This document shows positions 1 to 14,000 of a stretch of DNA of 64,000 nt, piece by piece. How positions within the stretch are numbered: position 1 is the stretch's first letter; each line of letters starts with the position of its first letter. Under the pieces are notes generated by a model. That model had not been told where the DNA came from. It did no database searches and saw only the letters and a program-made list of their open reading frames with translations. Made by a program: the position numbers and the translations under genes. The stretch is from the human T2T-CHM13v2.0 reference genome, Homo sapiens. The stretch lies in NCBI RefSeq assembly GCF_009914755.1, contig NC_060948.1, one strand, 5' to 3'.

Positions 1-443
1 GAATGTAATGGAATGGAGTGCAGTGCAATGGAATGGAATGGAATGGAATGCAATGGAATGGAATGGAATGGAATGGAATGGGATGGAATGGGATGGAATG
101 GATAGTAATGGACTGGAGTGAAATGGACTGGAAAGGAATGGACTCAAATGGAAAGGGCTCGAAGGGAATGGAGACTAATGGAATGGTCTGGAATGGAATG
201 AACACGAATTTAATGCAATCCAATAGAATGGAGTCGAATGGCATGGAATATAAAGAAATGGAATCGAAGAGAATGGAAACAAATGGAATGGAATTGAATG
301 GAATGGAATTGAATGGAATGGGAACGAATGGAGTGAAATTGTATGCAGTAGAAGAGAATAGAATGGAATGCAAGCGAAAGGAAAGGAATGGATTGGAATG
401 GAATGGAATTCATTGGAATGGAAGGGAATGTAGTGTAATGGAC
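1..443. repeat. Partial unit (3' end of the preceding StuI-defined unit)
   Basis: Matches the tail of the other units; EcoRI GAATTC at 406-411; matches 10610-11052. Confidence 0.9.
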
Positions 444-819
444 AGGCCTGGAATAAAGTGGAATGCTACGGTCTCGAATGGAATAAAAATGTATGGAATG
501 GAATGCAATGAAACGGAATCGAATGTCATAGAATGTAATGGAATGCAAAAAAATGGAATCCAAAATCATTGACTGGAAAGGCTGGGTGTCGAAAGGAATT
601 GACTCCAACGGAATGGAATCGAATGGAATGGAAGTGAATAGAATCGAACTAAATCGAATGGAATGGAATTGATAGGAACGGAATGGAAAGGAATGCAATG
701 ATTTGGCATGGAATGGAATCGAATGGCATCGAATGGAATGGAATGGAAAAAAATGGAATGGAATGTATTAGAATGTAATGAACTTTAATGGAATGTACTC
801 GAATGGATTCGACTGGAAT

Positions 820-834
820 GGAATGTTCTGGAAG
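820..834. promoter_or_regulatory. Perfect heat-shock element HSE-A (gGAAtgTTCtgGAAg); recurs in all 18 units
   Basis: GAA 821-823, TTC 826-828, GAA 831-833 fit the canonical nGAAnnTTCnnGAAn. The motif is seen directly; binding is inferred. Confidence 0.6.
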
Positions 835-1099
835 TGAATGGACTCCAATGGAATGGATTCAAAAGGAATGGAATCGTACGGAATGTAATCTAATGGAATG
901 GAATTAAATGGAAATGAATCAAATTGAATAGCACGGAATTGAATTGAATGGAATCGAATGCAATGGAATCTAATGAAACGGAAAGGAAAGGAATGCAATG
1001 GAATGGAATGGGATGGAATGCAAAGGAATCGAAACGAATGGAATGGAATCGAACTGAAGAGACTGGAATGGAATGCACTGGAATGGAAGGGAGTGTAAT

Positions 1100-1114
1100 G
1101 GAAGGTTCTCGAAA
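1100..1114. promoter_or_regulatory. Perfect heat-shock element HSE-B (gGAAggTTCtcGAAa); recurs in all 18 units
   Basis: GAA 1101-1103, TTC 1106-1108, GAA 1111-1113. The motif is seen directly; binding is inferred. Confidence 0.6.
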
Positions 1115-2114
1115 AAAATGGAATCGAATGGAATGGAATTGAATGGAACGGAATAGAGTCGAATGGAAATGAATGGAATGGAATGGACTAGAGTGAAATG
1201 GAATCGAACCACAAGGAATGGACAGGAATAGAATGGTCTCGAATTGAATGGAATCGTATGGAATGGCATCAAACGGAATGGAATGGACAGCCACGGAATG
1301 GAATGCACTCGAATGCAACGGAGTCGAAACTAATGGACTGGAATAGAATGGACTCGACTGGTACGGACTCCAATGGAATGGAATCGAATGGAAGGGAATC
1401 GAACGGAATGGACTCGAAGGGAAAAGACTGCAATGGAAAGGTCTCGAATGGAATGGAAATTAATGGAATGGAATGGAATCGAATGAAATGGAGTCAAAAG
1501 GAATGGAATTGAATGGCAAGAAATCGAATGTAATGGAATCGCAAGGAATTGATGTGAACGGAACGGAATGGAATGGAATCCAAAGGAATGGAATAGAATG
1601 GAATGGAATCGAATGGAAAGGACTCGAATGGAAATCACTCGAATAGAATGCAATTTAATAAAATAGGGTAAATGTAATGGAAAGGAATCGAAACGAAAGG
1701 AATGGAGACAGATGGAATGGAATGGGACAGAGAGCAATGGTATAGAATGGAATGGAATCATCTGGAATGGAATTGAATGGAATGGAATAATATGAAATGG
1801 AATGGAATGGAATGGAATGGAATGGAATGGAATGCCCTTGAATTAAATGGACTGGATTCGAACAGAGTGGAATGGAAAGTGTTGAGATAGAATGGAATGG
1901 ACTCCTTTGGAATGGTCTAGTATGCAATGCAATCGACTGGCAGGGAATCAAAAGGAATGTAATGGAATGGATTGGACTGGAATGCAATGGACTCGAATAG
2001 ATTGGAAACGGAATGCAAAGTAATGGAATGGAATAGTATGGAATGGAATGGAAAGGAATGGAGTGGAATAGACTAGAGTGGAATGGAATGGACTGGAAAG
2101 CAATGGACTGGAAT

Positions 2115-2129
2115 GGAACTTTCTTGAAT
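2115..2129. promoter_or_regulatory. Perfect heat-shock element HSE-C (gGAActTTCttGAAt); intact in 16 of 18 units
   Basis: GAA 2116-2118, TTC 2121-2123, GAA 2126-2128; the third GAA is GGA in U11 (37558) and U17 (58927). Confidence 0.6.
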
Positions 2130-2264
2130 GGTCTGGAATCAAACGGAATGGAATGCAATGCAATCAAATGGCATGGAATAAAATAGAATGAAAGAGAATC
2201 AAATGGAATTGAATCGAATGGAATCGAATGGATTGGAAAGGAATAGAATGGAATGGAATGGAAT

Positions 2265-2271
2265 TGACTCA
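2265..2271. promoter_or_regulatory. AP-1 consensus TGACTCA, one per unit (lost in U14 near 48391)
   Basis: Exact 7-mer match within gaatTGACTCAaatgg; function not demonstrated. Confidence 0.3.
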
Positions 2272-3940
2272 AATGGAATGGACTAGAATGGAATGGATTC
2301 GAATGGAAGGCAAAGGAATGGAATCTATTGGAATGGACTGTAATGGAATGGAATGGAAGGGATTGGAATGGACTCGAATGGAATGGACTGCAATAGAAAG
2401 GATTCGAATGGAATGAAAAAGAATTGAATGGAATAGAACAGAATGGAATCAAATCGAATGAAATGGAATGGAATAGAAAGGAATGGAATGAAATGGAATG
2501 GAAAGGATTCGAATGGAATGCAATCGAATGGAATGGAATCGAACGGAATGGAATAAAATGGAAGAAAACTGGCAAGAAATGGAATCGAAATGAATGGAGT
2601 GTTATGGAACGGACTCAAAAGGAATTGAATGTAATAGAATGGAGTGGAGTGGACTCGAATATAATGGACTGGAATGGAATGAAATCACATGGAATGGGAA
2701 CGAATGGAATCGAATGGAAAGGAATCGAATGGAAGGGAATGAAATTGAATCAACAGGAATGGAAGGGAATAGAATAGACGGTAATGGAATGGACTCGAAT
2801 AGAATGGACACGAATGCTCAAATTGAATGGACTCGAATGGAATGGAAACGAAAGGAATGTCATCGAATGGAATTGAATCGATTGGAATGAAATCGCATAG
2901 AATGGAGTGGAATCAAATGGAATTGAATCGAAAGGAAAGGAAGCGAATGGACTGAAATGAAATGGAATGGAATTGAATGGAAAGTAATGCAATGGAATAG
3001 AATGGAACGAAATTTCACGGAATGGAATCAAACTGAATGGAATCAAATCAATGGAATCAAATCAAATGGAATGGAAAGGAATTGAATGGAGTAGATGGGA
3101 TTGGATGGGATTGGAATGAAATGTACTGGAAAGGACTCGAATTTCATGAAACGGAATGGAATGAATTGGAACGGAATGGACTCGAATGGAATGGAATGTC
3201 ATGGAATGGCATCAAATGGAATGGCATCAAATGGAATGGAATCGAATGCAATGGAATGCTATGGAATGGAATGGAATGCATTGGAATGGAATGTCCTCTA
3301 ATGGAATGGATTCGAGTGGAATGGAATTGAATATAATGGAGTCGAATGAAATGGAATTGAAAGGAATGGGATCGAATACAATGGAATATACTGGAATGTA
3401 ATGTAATGAACTCGAATGTAATTGACTGGAATGGAATGTACATGAATGGAATGTAATCGAATGGAAAGTAATCCAATGGAATAGAATCTAATGCAATAAA
3501 ATCGACTCAGATAGAGTAGAATGTAATGGAATGGAGTGCAGTGCAATGGAATGGAATGGAATGGAATGGAATGGAATGGGATGGAATGGTATGGAATGGA
3601 TAGTAATGGACTGGAGTGAAATGGACTGGAAAGGAATGGACTCAAATTGAAAGGGCTCGAAAGGAATGGAGTCAAATGGAATGGTCTGGAATGGAATGAA
3701 CACGAATGTAATGCAATACAATAGAATGGAATCGAATGGCATGGAATATAAAGAAATGGAATCGAAGAGAATGGAAACAAATGGAATGGAATTGAATGGA
3801 ATGGAATTGAATGGAATGGGAACGAATGGTGTGAAATTGTATGCAGTAGAAGGGAATAGAATAGAATGCAAGCGAAAGGAAAGAATGGATTGGAATGGAA
3901 TGGAATTCATTGGAATGGAAGGGAATGTAGTGTAATGGAC

Positions 3941-6900
3941 AGGCCTGGAATAAAGTGGAATGCTACGGTCTCGAATGGAATAAAAATGTATGGAATGGAA
4001 TGCAATGAAACGGAATCGAATGTCATAGAATGTAATGGAATGCAAAAAAATGGAATCCAAAATCATTGACTGGAAAGGCTGGGTGTCGAAAGGAATTGAC
4101 TCCAATGGAATGGAATCGAATGGAATGGAAGTGAATAGAATCGAACTAAATCGAATGGAATGGAATTGATAGGAACGGAATGGAAAGGAATGCAATGATT
4201 TGGCATGGAATGGAATCGAATGGCATCGAATGGAATGGAATGGAATGCAATGGAATGGAATGTATTAGAATGTAATGAACATTAATGGAATGTACTCGAA
4301 TGGATTCGACTGGAATGGAATGTTCTGGAAGTGAATGGACTCCAATGGAATGGATTCGAAAGGAATGGTATCGAACAGAATGGAATCTAATGGAATGGAA
4401 TTAAATGGAAATGAATCAAATTGAATAGCACGGAATTGAATTGAATTGAATGGAATCGAATGCAATGGAATCTAATGAAACGGAAAGGAAAGGAATGGAA
4501 TGGAATGGAATGGGCTGGAATGGAAAGGAATCGAAACGAATGGAATGGAATCGAACTGAAGAGACTGGAATGGAATGCACTGGAATGGAAGGGAGTTTAA
4601 TGGAAGGTTCTCGAAAATAATGGAAGCAAATGGAATGGAATTGAATGGAACGGAATAGAGTCGAATGGAATTGAATGGAATGGAATGGACTAGAGTGAAA
4701 TGGAATCGAACCACAAGGAATGGACAGGAATAGAATGGTCTCGAATTGAATGGAATCGTATGGAATGGCATCAAACGGAATGGAATGGACAGCCACGGAA
4801 TGGAATGCACTCGAATGCAATGGAGTCGAAACTTATGGACTGGAATAGAATGGACTCGACTGGTACGGACTCCAATGGAATGGAATCGAATGGAAGGGAT
4901 TCGAACGGAATGGACTCGAAGGGAAAAGACTGCAATGGAAAGGTCTCGAATGGAATGGAAATTAATGGAATGGAATGGAATCGAATGAAATGGAGTCAAA
5001 AGGAATGGAATCGAATGGCAAGAAATCGAATGTAATGGAATCGCAAGGAATTGATGTGAACGGAACGGAATGGAATGGAATCCAAAGGAATGGAATAGAA
5101 TGGAATGGAATCGAATGGAAAGGACTCGAATGGAAATCACTCGAATGGAATGAAATTTAATAAAATAGGATCAAATGTAATTGAATGGAATGGAAAGGAA
5201 TCGAAACGAAAGGAATGGAGACAGATGGAATGGAATGGAACAGAGAGCAATGGTATAGAATGGAATGGAATCATCTGGAATGGAATTGAATGGAATGGAA
5301 TAATATGAAATGGAATGGAATGGAATAGAATGGAATGCCCTTGAATTAAATGGACTGGAATGGAATGGACTCGAACAGAGTGGAATGGAAAGTGTTGAGA
5401 TAGAATGGAATGGACTCTTTTAGAATGGTCTAGTATGCAATGCAATCGACTGGCAGGGAATCAAAAGGAATGTAATCGAATGGATTGGACTGGAATGCAA
5501 TGGACTCGAATAGATTGGAAACGGAATGCAAAGGAATGGAATGGAATAGTATGGAATGGAATGGAAAGGAATGGAGTGGAATAGACTAGAGTGGAATGGA
5601 ATGGACTGGAAAGCAATGGACTGGAATGGAACTTTCTTGAATGGACTGGAATCAAACGGAATGGAATGCAATGCAATCAAATGGCATGGAATAAAATAGA
5701 ATGAAAGAGAATCAAATGGAATTGAATCGAATGGAATCGAATGGATTGGAAAGGAATAGAATGGAATGGAATGGAATTGACTCAAATGGAATGGACTAGA
5801 ATGGAATGGATTCGAATGGAAGACAAAGGAATGGAATCTATTGGAATGGACAGTAATGGAATGGAATGGAAGGGATTGGAATGGACTCGAATGGAATGGA
5901 CTGCAATAGAAAGGATTCGAATGGAATGAAAAAGAATTGAATGGAATAGAACAGAATGGAATCAAATCGAATGAAATGGAATGGAATAGAAAGGAATGGA
6001 ATGAAATGGAATGGAAAGGATTCGAATGGAATGCAATCGAATGGAATGGAATCGAACGGAATGGAATAAAATGGAAGAAAACTGGCAAGAAATGGAATCG
6101 AAATGAATGGAGTGTTATGGAACGGACTCAAAAGGAATTGAATGTAATAGAATGGAGTGGAGTGGACTCGAATATAATGAACTTGAATGGAATGAAATCA
6201 CATGGAATGGGAACGAATGGAATGGAATGGAAAGGAATGGAATCGAATGGAAAGGAATCGAATGGAAGGGAATGAAATTGAATCAACAGGAATGGAAGGG
6301 AATAGAATAGACGGTAATGGAATGGACTCGAATAGAATGGACACGAATGCTCAAATTGAATGGACTCGAATGGAATGGAAACAAAAGGAATGTCATCGAA
6401 TGGAATTAAATCGATTGGAATGAAATCGCATAGAATGGAGTGGAATCAAATGGAATTGAATCGAAAGGAAAGGAAGCGAATGGACTGAAATGAAATGGAA
6501 TGGAATTGAATGGAAAGTAATGCAATGGAATAGAATGGAACGAAATTTCACGGAATGGAATCAAACTGAATGGAATCAAATCAATGGAATCAAATCAAAT
6601 GGAATGGAAAGGAATTGAATGGAGTAGATTGGATTGGATGGGATTGGAATGAAATGTACTGGAAAGGACTCGAATTTCATGAAACGCAATGGAATGAATT
6701 GGAACGGAATGGACTCGAATGGAATGGAATGTCATGGAATGGCATCAAATGGAATGGCATCAAATGGAATGGAATCGAATGCAATGGAATGCTATGGAAT
6801 GGAATGGAATGCATTGGAATGGAATGTCCTCTAATGGAATGGATTCGAGTGGAATGGAATCGAATATAATGGAGTCGAATGAAATGGAATTGAAAGGAAT

Positions 6901-7509
6901 GGGATCGAATACAATGGAATATACTGGAATGTAACGTAATGAACTCGAATGTAATTGACTGGAATGGAATGTACATGAATGGAATGTATTCGAATGGAAA
7001 GTAATCCAATGGAATAGAATCTAATGCAATAAAATCGACTCATATAGAGTAGAATGTAATGGAATGGAGTGCAGTGCAATGGAATGGAATGGAATGGAAT
7101 GCAATGGAATGGAATGGAATGGAATGGAATGGAATGGAATGGAATGGGATGGAATTGTATGGAATGGATAGTAATGGACTGGATTGAAATGGACTGGAAA
7201 GGAATGGACTCAAATTGAAAGGGCTCGAAAGGAATGGAGTCAAATGGAATGGTCTGGAATGGAATGAACACGAATGTAATGCAACCCAATAGAATGGAAT
7301 CGAATGGCATGGAATATAAAGAAATGGAATCGAAGAGAATGGAAACAAATGGAATGGAATTGAATGGAATGGAATTGAATGGAATGGGAACGAATGGTGT
7401 GAAATTGTATGCAGTAGAAGAGAATAGAATGGAATGCAAGCGAAAGGAAAGGAATGGATTGGAATGGAATGGAATTCATTGGAATGGAAGGGAATGTAGT
7501 GTAATGGAC
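3941..7509. repeat. DYZ1 unit U2 (3569 bp, subfamily Y)
   Basis: StuI sites 3941 and 7510. Confidence 0.9.
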
Positions 7510-10500
7510 AGGCCTGGAATAAAGTGGAATGATACGGTCTCGAATGGAATAAAAATGTATGGAATGGAATGCAATGAAACGGAATCGAATGTCATAGAAT
7601 GTAATGGAATGCAAAAAAATGGAATGCAAAATCATTGACAGGAAAGGATGGGTGTCGAAAGGAATTGACTCCAATGGAATGGAATCGAATGGAATGGAAG
7701 TGAATAGAATCGAACTAAATCGAATGGAATGGAATTGATAGGAACGGAATGGAAAGGAATGCAATGATTTGGCATGGAATGGAATCGAATGGCATCGAAT
7801 GGAATGGAATGGAATGCAATGGAATGGAATGTATTAGAATGTAATGAACTTTAATGGAATGTACTCGAATGGATTCGACTGGAATGGAATGTTCTGGAAG
7901 TAAATGGACTCCAATGGAATGGATTCAAAAGGAATGGAATAGTACGGAATGGAATCTAATGGAATGGAATTAAATGGAAATGAATCAAATTGAATAGCAC
8001 GGAATTGAATTGAATGGAATGGAATGCAATGGAATCTAATGAAACGGAAAGGAAAGGAATGGAATGGAATGGAATGGGCTGGAATGGAAAGGAATCGAAA
8101 CGAATGGAATGGAATCGAACTGAAGAGACTGGAATGGAATGCACTGGAATGGAAGGGGGTGTAATGGAAGGTTCTCGAAAAAAATGGAATCGAATGGAAT
8201 GCAATTGAATGGAACGGAATAGAGTCGAATGCAATTGAATGGAATGGAATGGACAAGAGTGAAATGGAATCGAACCACAAGGAATGGACAGGAATAGAAT
8301 GGTCTCGAATTGAATGGAATCGTATGGAATGGCATCAAACGGAATGGAATGGACAGCCACGGAATGGAATGCACTCGAATGCAATGGAGTCGAAACTAAT
8401 GGACTGGAATAGAATGGACTCGACTGGTACGGACTCCAATGGAATGGAATCGAATGGAAGGGAATCGAACGGAATGGACTCGAAGGGAAAAGACTGCAAT
8501 GGAAAGGTCTCGAATGGAATGGAAATTAATGGAATGGAATGGAATCGAATGAAATGGAGGCAAAAGGAATGGAATCGAATGGCAAGAAATCGAATGTAAT
8601 GGAATCGCAAGGAATTGATGTGAATGGAACGGAATGGAATGGAATCCAAAGGAATGGAATAGAATGGAATGGAATCGAATGCAAAGGACTCGAATGGAAA
8701 TCACTCGAATAGAATGCAATTTAATAAAATAGGATCAAATGTAATGGAATGGAATGGAAAGGAATCGAAACGAAAGGAATGGAGACAGATGGAATGGAAT
8801 GGAACAGAGAAAAATGGTATAGAATGGAATGGAATCATCTAGAATGTAATTGAATGGAATGGAATAATATGAAATGGAATGGAATGGAATGGAATGCCCT
8901 TGAATTAAATGGACTGGAATGGAATGGACTCGAACAGAGTGGAATGGAAAGTGTTGAGATAGAATGGAATGGACTCCTTTGGAATGGTGTAGTATGCAAT
9001 GCAATCGACTGGCAGGGAATCAAAAGGAATGTAATCGAATGGATTGGACTGGAATGCAATGGACTCGAATAGATTGGAAACGGAATGCAAAGGAATGGAA
9101 TGGAATAGTATGGAATGGAATGGAAAGGAATGGAGTGGAATAGACTAGAGTGGAATGGAATGGACTCGAAAGCAATGGACTGGAATGGAACTTTCTTGAA
9201 TGGACTGGAACCAAACGGAATGGAATGCAATGCAATCAAATGGCATGGAATAAGATAGAATTAAAGAGAATCAAATGGAATTGAATCGAATGGAATCGAA
9301 TGGATTGGAAAGGAATAGAATGGAATGGAATGGAATTGACTCAAATGGAATGGACTAGAATGGAATGGATTCGAATGGAAGGCAAAGGAATGGAATCTAT
9401 TGGAATGGACTGTAATGGAATGGAATTTAAGGGATTGGAATGGACTCGAATGGAATGGACTGCAATAGAAAGGATTCGAATGGAATGAAAAAGAATTGAA
9501 TGGAATAGAACAGAATGGAATCAAATCGAATGAAATGGAATGGAATAGAAAGGAATGGAATGAAATGGAATGGAAAGGATTCGAATGGAATGCAATCGAA
9601 TGGAATGGAATCGAACGGAATGGAATAAAATGGAAGAAAACTGGCAAGAAATGGAATCGAAATGAATGGAGTGTTATGGAATGGACTCAAAAGGAATTGA
9701 ATGTAATAGAATGGAGTGGAGTGGACTCGAATATAATGGACTGGAATGGAATGAAATCACATGAAAGGGAACAAATGGAATGGAATGGAAAGGAATGGAA
9801 TTGAATGGAAAGGAATCGAACGGAAGGGAATGAAATTGAATCAACAGGAATGGAAGGGAATAGAATAGACGGTAATGCAATGGACTCGAATAGAATGGAC
9901 ACGAATGCTCAAATTGAATGGACTCGAATGAAATGGATACGAAAGGAATGTCATCGAATGGAATTGAATCGATTGGAATGAAATCGCATAGAATGGAGTG
10001 GAATCAAATGGAATTGAATCGAAAGGAAAGGAAGCGAATGGACTGAAATGAAATGGAATGGAATTGAATGGAAAGTAATGCAATGGAATAGAATGGAACG
10101 AAATTTCACGGTATGGAATCAAACTGAATGGAATCAAATCAATGGAATCAAATCAAATGGAATGGAAAGGAATTGAATGGAGTAGATGGGATTGGATGGG
10201 ATTGGAATGAAATGTACTGGAAAGGACTCGAATTTCATGAAACGGAATGGAATGAATTGGAACGGAATGGACACGAATGGAATGGAATGTCATGGAATGG
10301 CATCAAATGGAATGGCATCAAATGGAATGGAATCGAATGCAATGGAATGCTATGGAATGGAATGGAATGCATTGGAATGGAATGTCCTCTAATGGAATGG
10401 ATTCGAGTGGAATGGAATCGAATATAATGGAATCGAATTAAATGGAATTGAAAGGAATGGGACCGAATACAATGGAATATACTGGAATGTAATGTAATGA

Positions 10501-11052
10501 ACTCGAATGTAATTGACTGGAATGGAATGTACATGAATGGAATGTAATCGAATGGAAAGTAATCCAATGGAATAGAATCTAATGCAATAAAATCGACACA
10601 AATAGAGTAGAATGTAATGGAATGGAGTGCAGTGCAATGGAATGGAATGGAATGGAATGCAATGGAATGGAATGGAATGGAATGGAATGGGATGGAATGG
10701 GATGGAATGGATAGTAATGGACTGGAGTGAAATGGACTGGAAAGGAATGGACTCAAATGGAAAGGGCTCGAAGGGAATGGAGACTAATGGAATGGTCTGG
10801 AATGGAATGAACACGAATTTAATGCAATCCAATAGAATGGAGTCGAATGGCATGGAATATAAAGAAATGGAATCGAAGAGAATGGAAACAAATGGAATGG
10901 AATTGAATGGAATGGAATTGAATGGAATGGGAACGAATGGAGTGAAATTGTATGCAGTAGAAGAGAATAGAATGGAATGCAAGCGAAAGGAAAGGAATGG
11001 ATTGGAATGGAATGGAATTCATTGGAATGGAAGGGAATGTAGTGTAATGGAC
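7510..11052. repeat. DYZ1 unit U3 (3543 bp, divergent X)
   Basis: StuI sites 7510 and 11053; many private variants. Confidence 0.9.
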
Positions 11053-14000
11053 AGGCCTGGAATAAAGTGGAATGCTACGGTCTCGAATGGAATAAAAATG
11101 TATGGAATGGAATGCAATGAAACGGAATCGAATGTCATAGAATGTAATGGAATGCAAAAAAATGGAATCCAAAATCATTGACTGGAAAGGCTGGGTGTCG
11201 AAAGGAATTGACTCCAACGGAATGGAATCGAATGGAATGGAAGTGAATAGAATCGAACTAAATCGAATGGAATGGAATTGATAGGAACGGAATGGAAAGG
11301 AATGCAATGATTTGGCATGGAATGGAATCGAATGGCATCGAATGGAATGGAATGGAAAAAAATGGAATGGAATGTATTAGAATGTAATGAACTTTAATGG
11401 AATGTACTCGAATGGATTCGACTGGAATGGAATGTTCTGGAAGTGAATGGACTCCAATGGAATGGATTCAAAAGGAATGGAATCGTACGGAATGGAATCT
11501 AATGGAATGGAATTAAATGGAAATGAATCAAATTGAATAGCACGGAATTGAATTGAATGGAATCGAATGCAATGGAATCTAATGAAACGGAAAGGAAAGG
11601 AATGCAATGGAATGGAATGGGATGGAATGCAAAGGAATCGAAACGAATGGAATGGAATCGAACTGAAGAGACTGGAATGGAATGCACTGGAATGGAAGGG
11701 AGTGTAATGGAAGGTTCTCGAAAAAAATGGAATCGAATGGAATGGAATTGAATGGAACGGAATAGAGTCGAATGGAAATGAATGGAATGGAATGGACTAG
11801 AGTGAAATGGAATCGAACCACAAGGAATGGACAGGAATAGAATGGTCTCGAATTGAATGGAATCGTATGGAATGGCATCAAACGGAATGGAATGGACAGC
11901 CACGGAATGGAATGCACTCGAATGCAACGGAGTCGAAACTAATGGACTGGAATAGAATGGACTCGACTGGTACGGACTCCAATGGAATGGAATCGAATGG
12001 AAGGGAATCGAACGGAATGGACTCGAAGGGAAAAGACTGCAATGGAAAGGTCTCGAATGGAATGGAAATTAATGGAATGGAATGGAATCGAATGAAATGG
12101 AGTCAAAAGGAATGGAATCGAATGGCAAGAAATCGAATGTAATGGAATCGCAAGGAATTGATGTGAACGGAACGGAATGGAATGGAATCCAAAGGAATGG
12201 AATAGAATGGAATGGAATCGAATGGAAAGGACTCGAATGGAAATCACTCGAATAGAATGCAATTTAATAAAATAGGGTAAATGTAATGGAAAGGAATCGA
12301 AACGAAAGGAATGGAGACAGATGGAATGGAATGGGACAGAGAGCAATGGTATAGAATGGAATGGAATCATCTGGAATGGAATTGAATGGAATGGAATAAT
12401 ATGAAATGGAATGGAATGGAATGGAATGGAATGGAATGGAATGCCCTTGAATTAAATGGACTGGATTCGAACAGAGTGGAATGGAAAGTGTTGAGATAGA
12501 ATGGAATGGACTCCTTTGGAATGGTCTAGTATGCAATGCAATCGACTGGCAGGGAATCAAAAGGAATGTAATGGAATGGATTGGACTGGAATGCAATGGA
12601 CTCGAATAGATTGGAAACGGAATGCAAAGTAATGGAATGGAATAGTATGGAATGGAATGGAAAGGAATGGAGTGGAATAGACTAGAGTGGAATGGAATGG
12701 ACTGGAAAGCAATGGACTGGAATGGAACTTTCTTGAATGGTCTGGAATCAAACGGAATGGAATGCAATGCAATCAAATGGCATGGAATAAAATAGAATGA
12801 AAGAGAATCAAATGGAATTGAATCGAATGGAATCGAATGGATTGGAAAGGAATAGAATGGAATGGAATGGAATTGACTCAAATGGAATGGACTAGAATGG
12901 AATGGATTCGAATGGAAGGCAAAGGAATGGAATCTATTGGAATGGACTGTAATGGAATGGAATGGAAGGGATTGGAATGGACTCGAATGGAATGGACTGC
13001 AATAGAAAGGATTCGAATGGAATGAAAAAGAATTGAATGGAATAGAACAGAATGGAATCAAATCGAATGAAATGGAATGGAATAGAAAGGAATGGAATGA
13101 AATGGAATGGAAAGGATTCGAATGGAATGCAATCGAATGGAATGGAATCGAACGGAATGGAATAAAATGGAAGAAAACTGGCAAGAAATGGAATCGAAAT
13201 GAATGGAGTGTTATGGAACGGACTCAAAAGGAATTGAATGTAATAGAATGGAGTGGAGTGGACTCGAATATAATGGACTGGAATGGAATGAAATCACATG
13301 GAATGGGAACGAATGGAATCGAATGGAAAGGAATCGAATGGAAGGGAATGAAATTGAATCAACAGGAATGGAAGGGAATAGAATAGACGGTAATGGAATG
13401 GACTCGAATAGAATGGACACGAATGCTCAAATTGAATGGACTCGAATGGAATGGAAACGAAAGGAATGTCATCGAATGGAATTGAATCGATTGGAATGAA
13501 ATCGCATAGAATGGAGTGGAATCAAATGGAATTGAATCGAAAGGAAAGGAAGCGAATGGACTGAAATGAAATGGAATGGAATTGAATGGAAAGTAATGCA
13601 ATGGAATAGAATGGAACGAAATTTCACGGAATGGAATCAAACTGAATGGAATCAAATCAATGGAATCAAATCAAATGGAATGGAAAGGAATTGAATGGAG
13701 TAGATGGGATTGGATGGGATTGGAATGAAATGTACTGGAAAGGACTCGAATTTCATGAAACGGAATGGAATGAATTGGAACGGAATGGACTCGAATGGAA
13801 TGGAATGTCATGGAATGGCATCAAATGGAATGGCATCAAATGGAATGGAATCGAATGCAATGGAATGCTATGGAATGGAATGGAATGCATTGGAATGGAA
13901 TGTCCTCTAATGGAATGGATTCGAGTGGAATGGAATTGAATATAATGGAGTCGAATGAAATGGAATTGAAAGGAATGGGATCGAATACAATGGAATATAC

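Larger units (their letters stand above)
444..3940. repeat. DYZ1 unit U1 (3497 bp, subfamily X)
   Basis: StuI AGGCCT at 444 to next at 3941; short because of deletions near 1670, 1855, 2705 and 3550. Confidence 0.9.

Noticed and set aside
1186-2155. Possible ~890-bp ancestral sub-repeat (gactagagtg and atcaaacggaatgg each occur twice per unit)
   Set aside because: The offsets disagree (885 versus 870 in U1; ~905 versus ~881 in U7) and I found no third or fourth copy. Autocorrelation on variant pentamers would be needed to test it.
3040-3064. Tandem GAATCAAATCA resembling a DUX4 double-homeodomain motif
   Set aside because: It lacks the TAAT half-site and has about two mismatches; such matches are expected from CpG decay of GAATCGAATCG.
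452-3500. Multiple AATAAA hexamers per unit (e.g. ~452, 482, 1657, 2177, 2552, 3495)
   Set aside because: They arise trivially from adjacent GAATA and AAATn pentamer variants; there is no transcript evidence here to assign a polyadenylation function.
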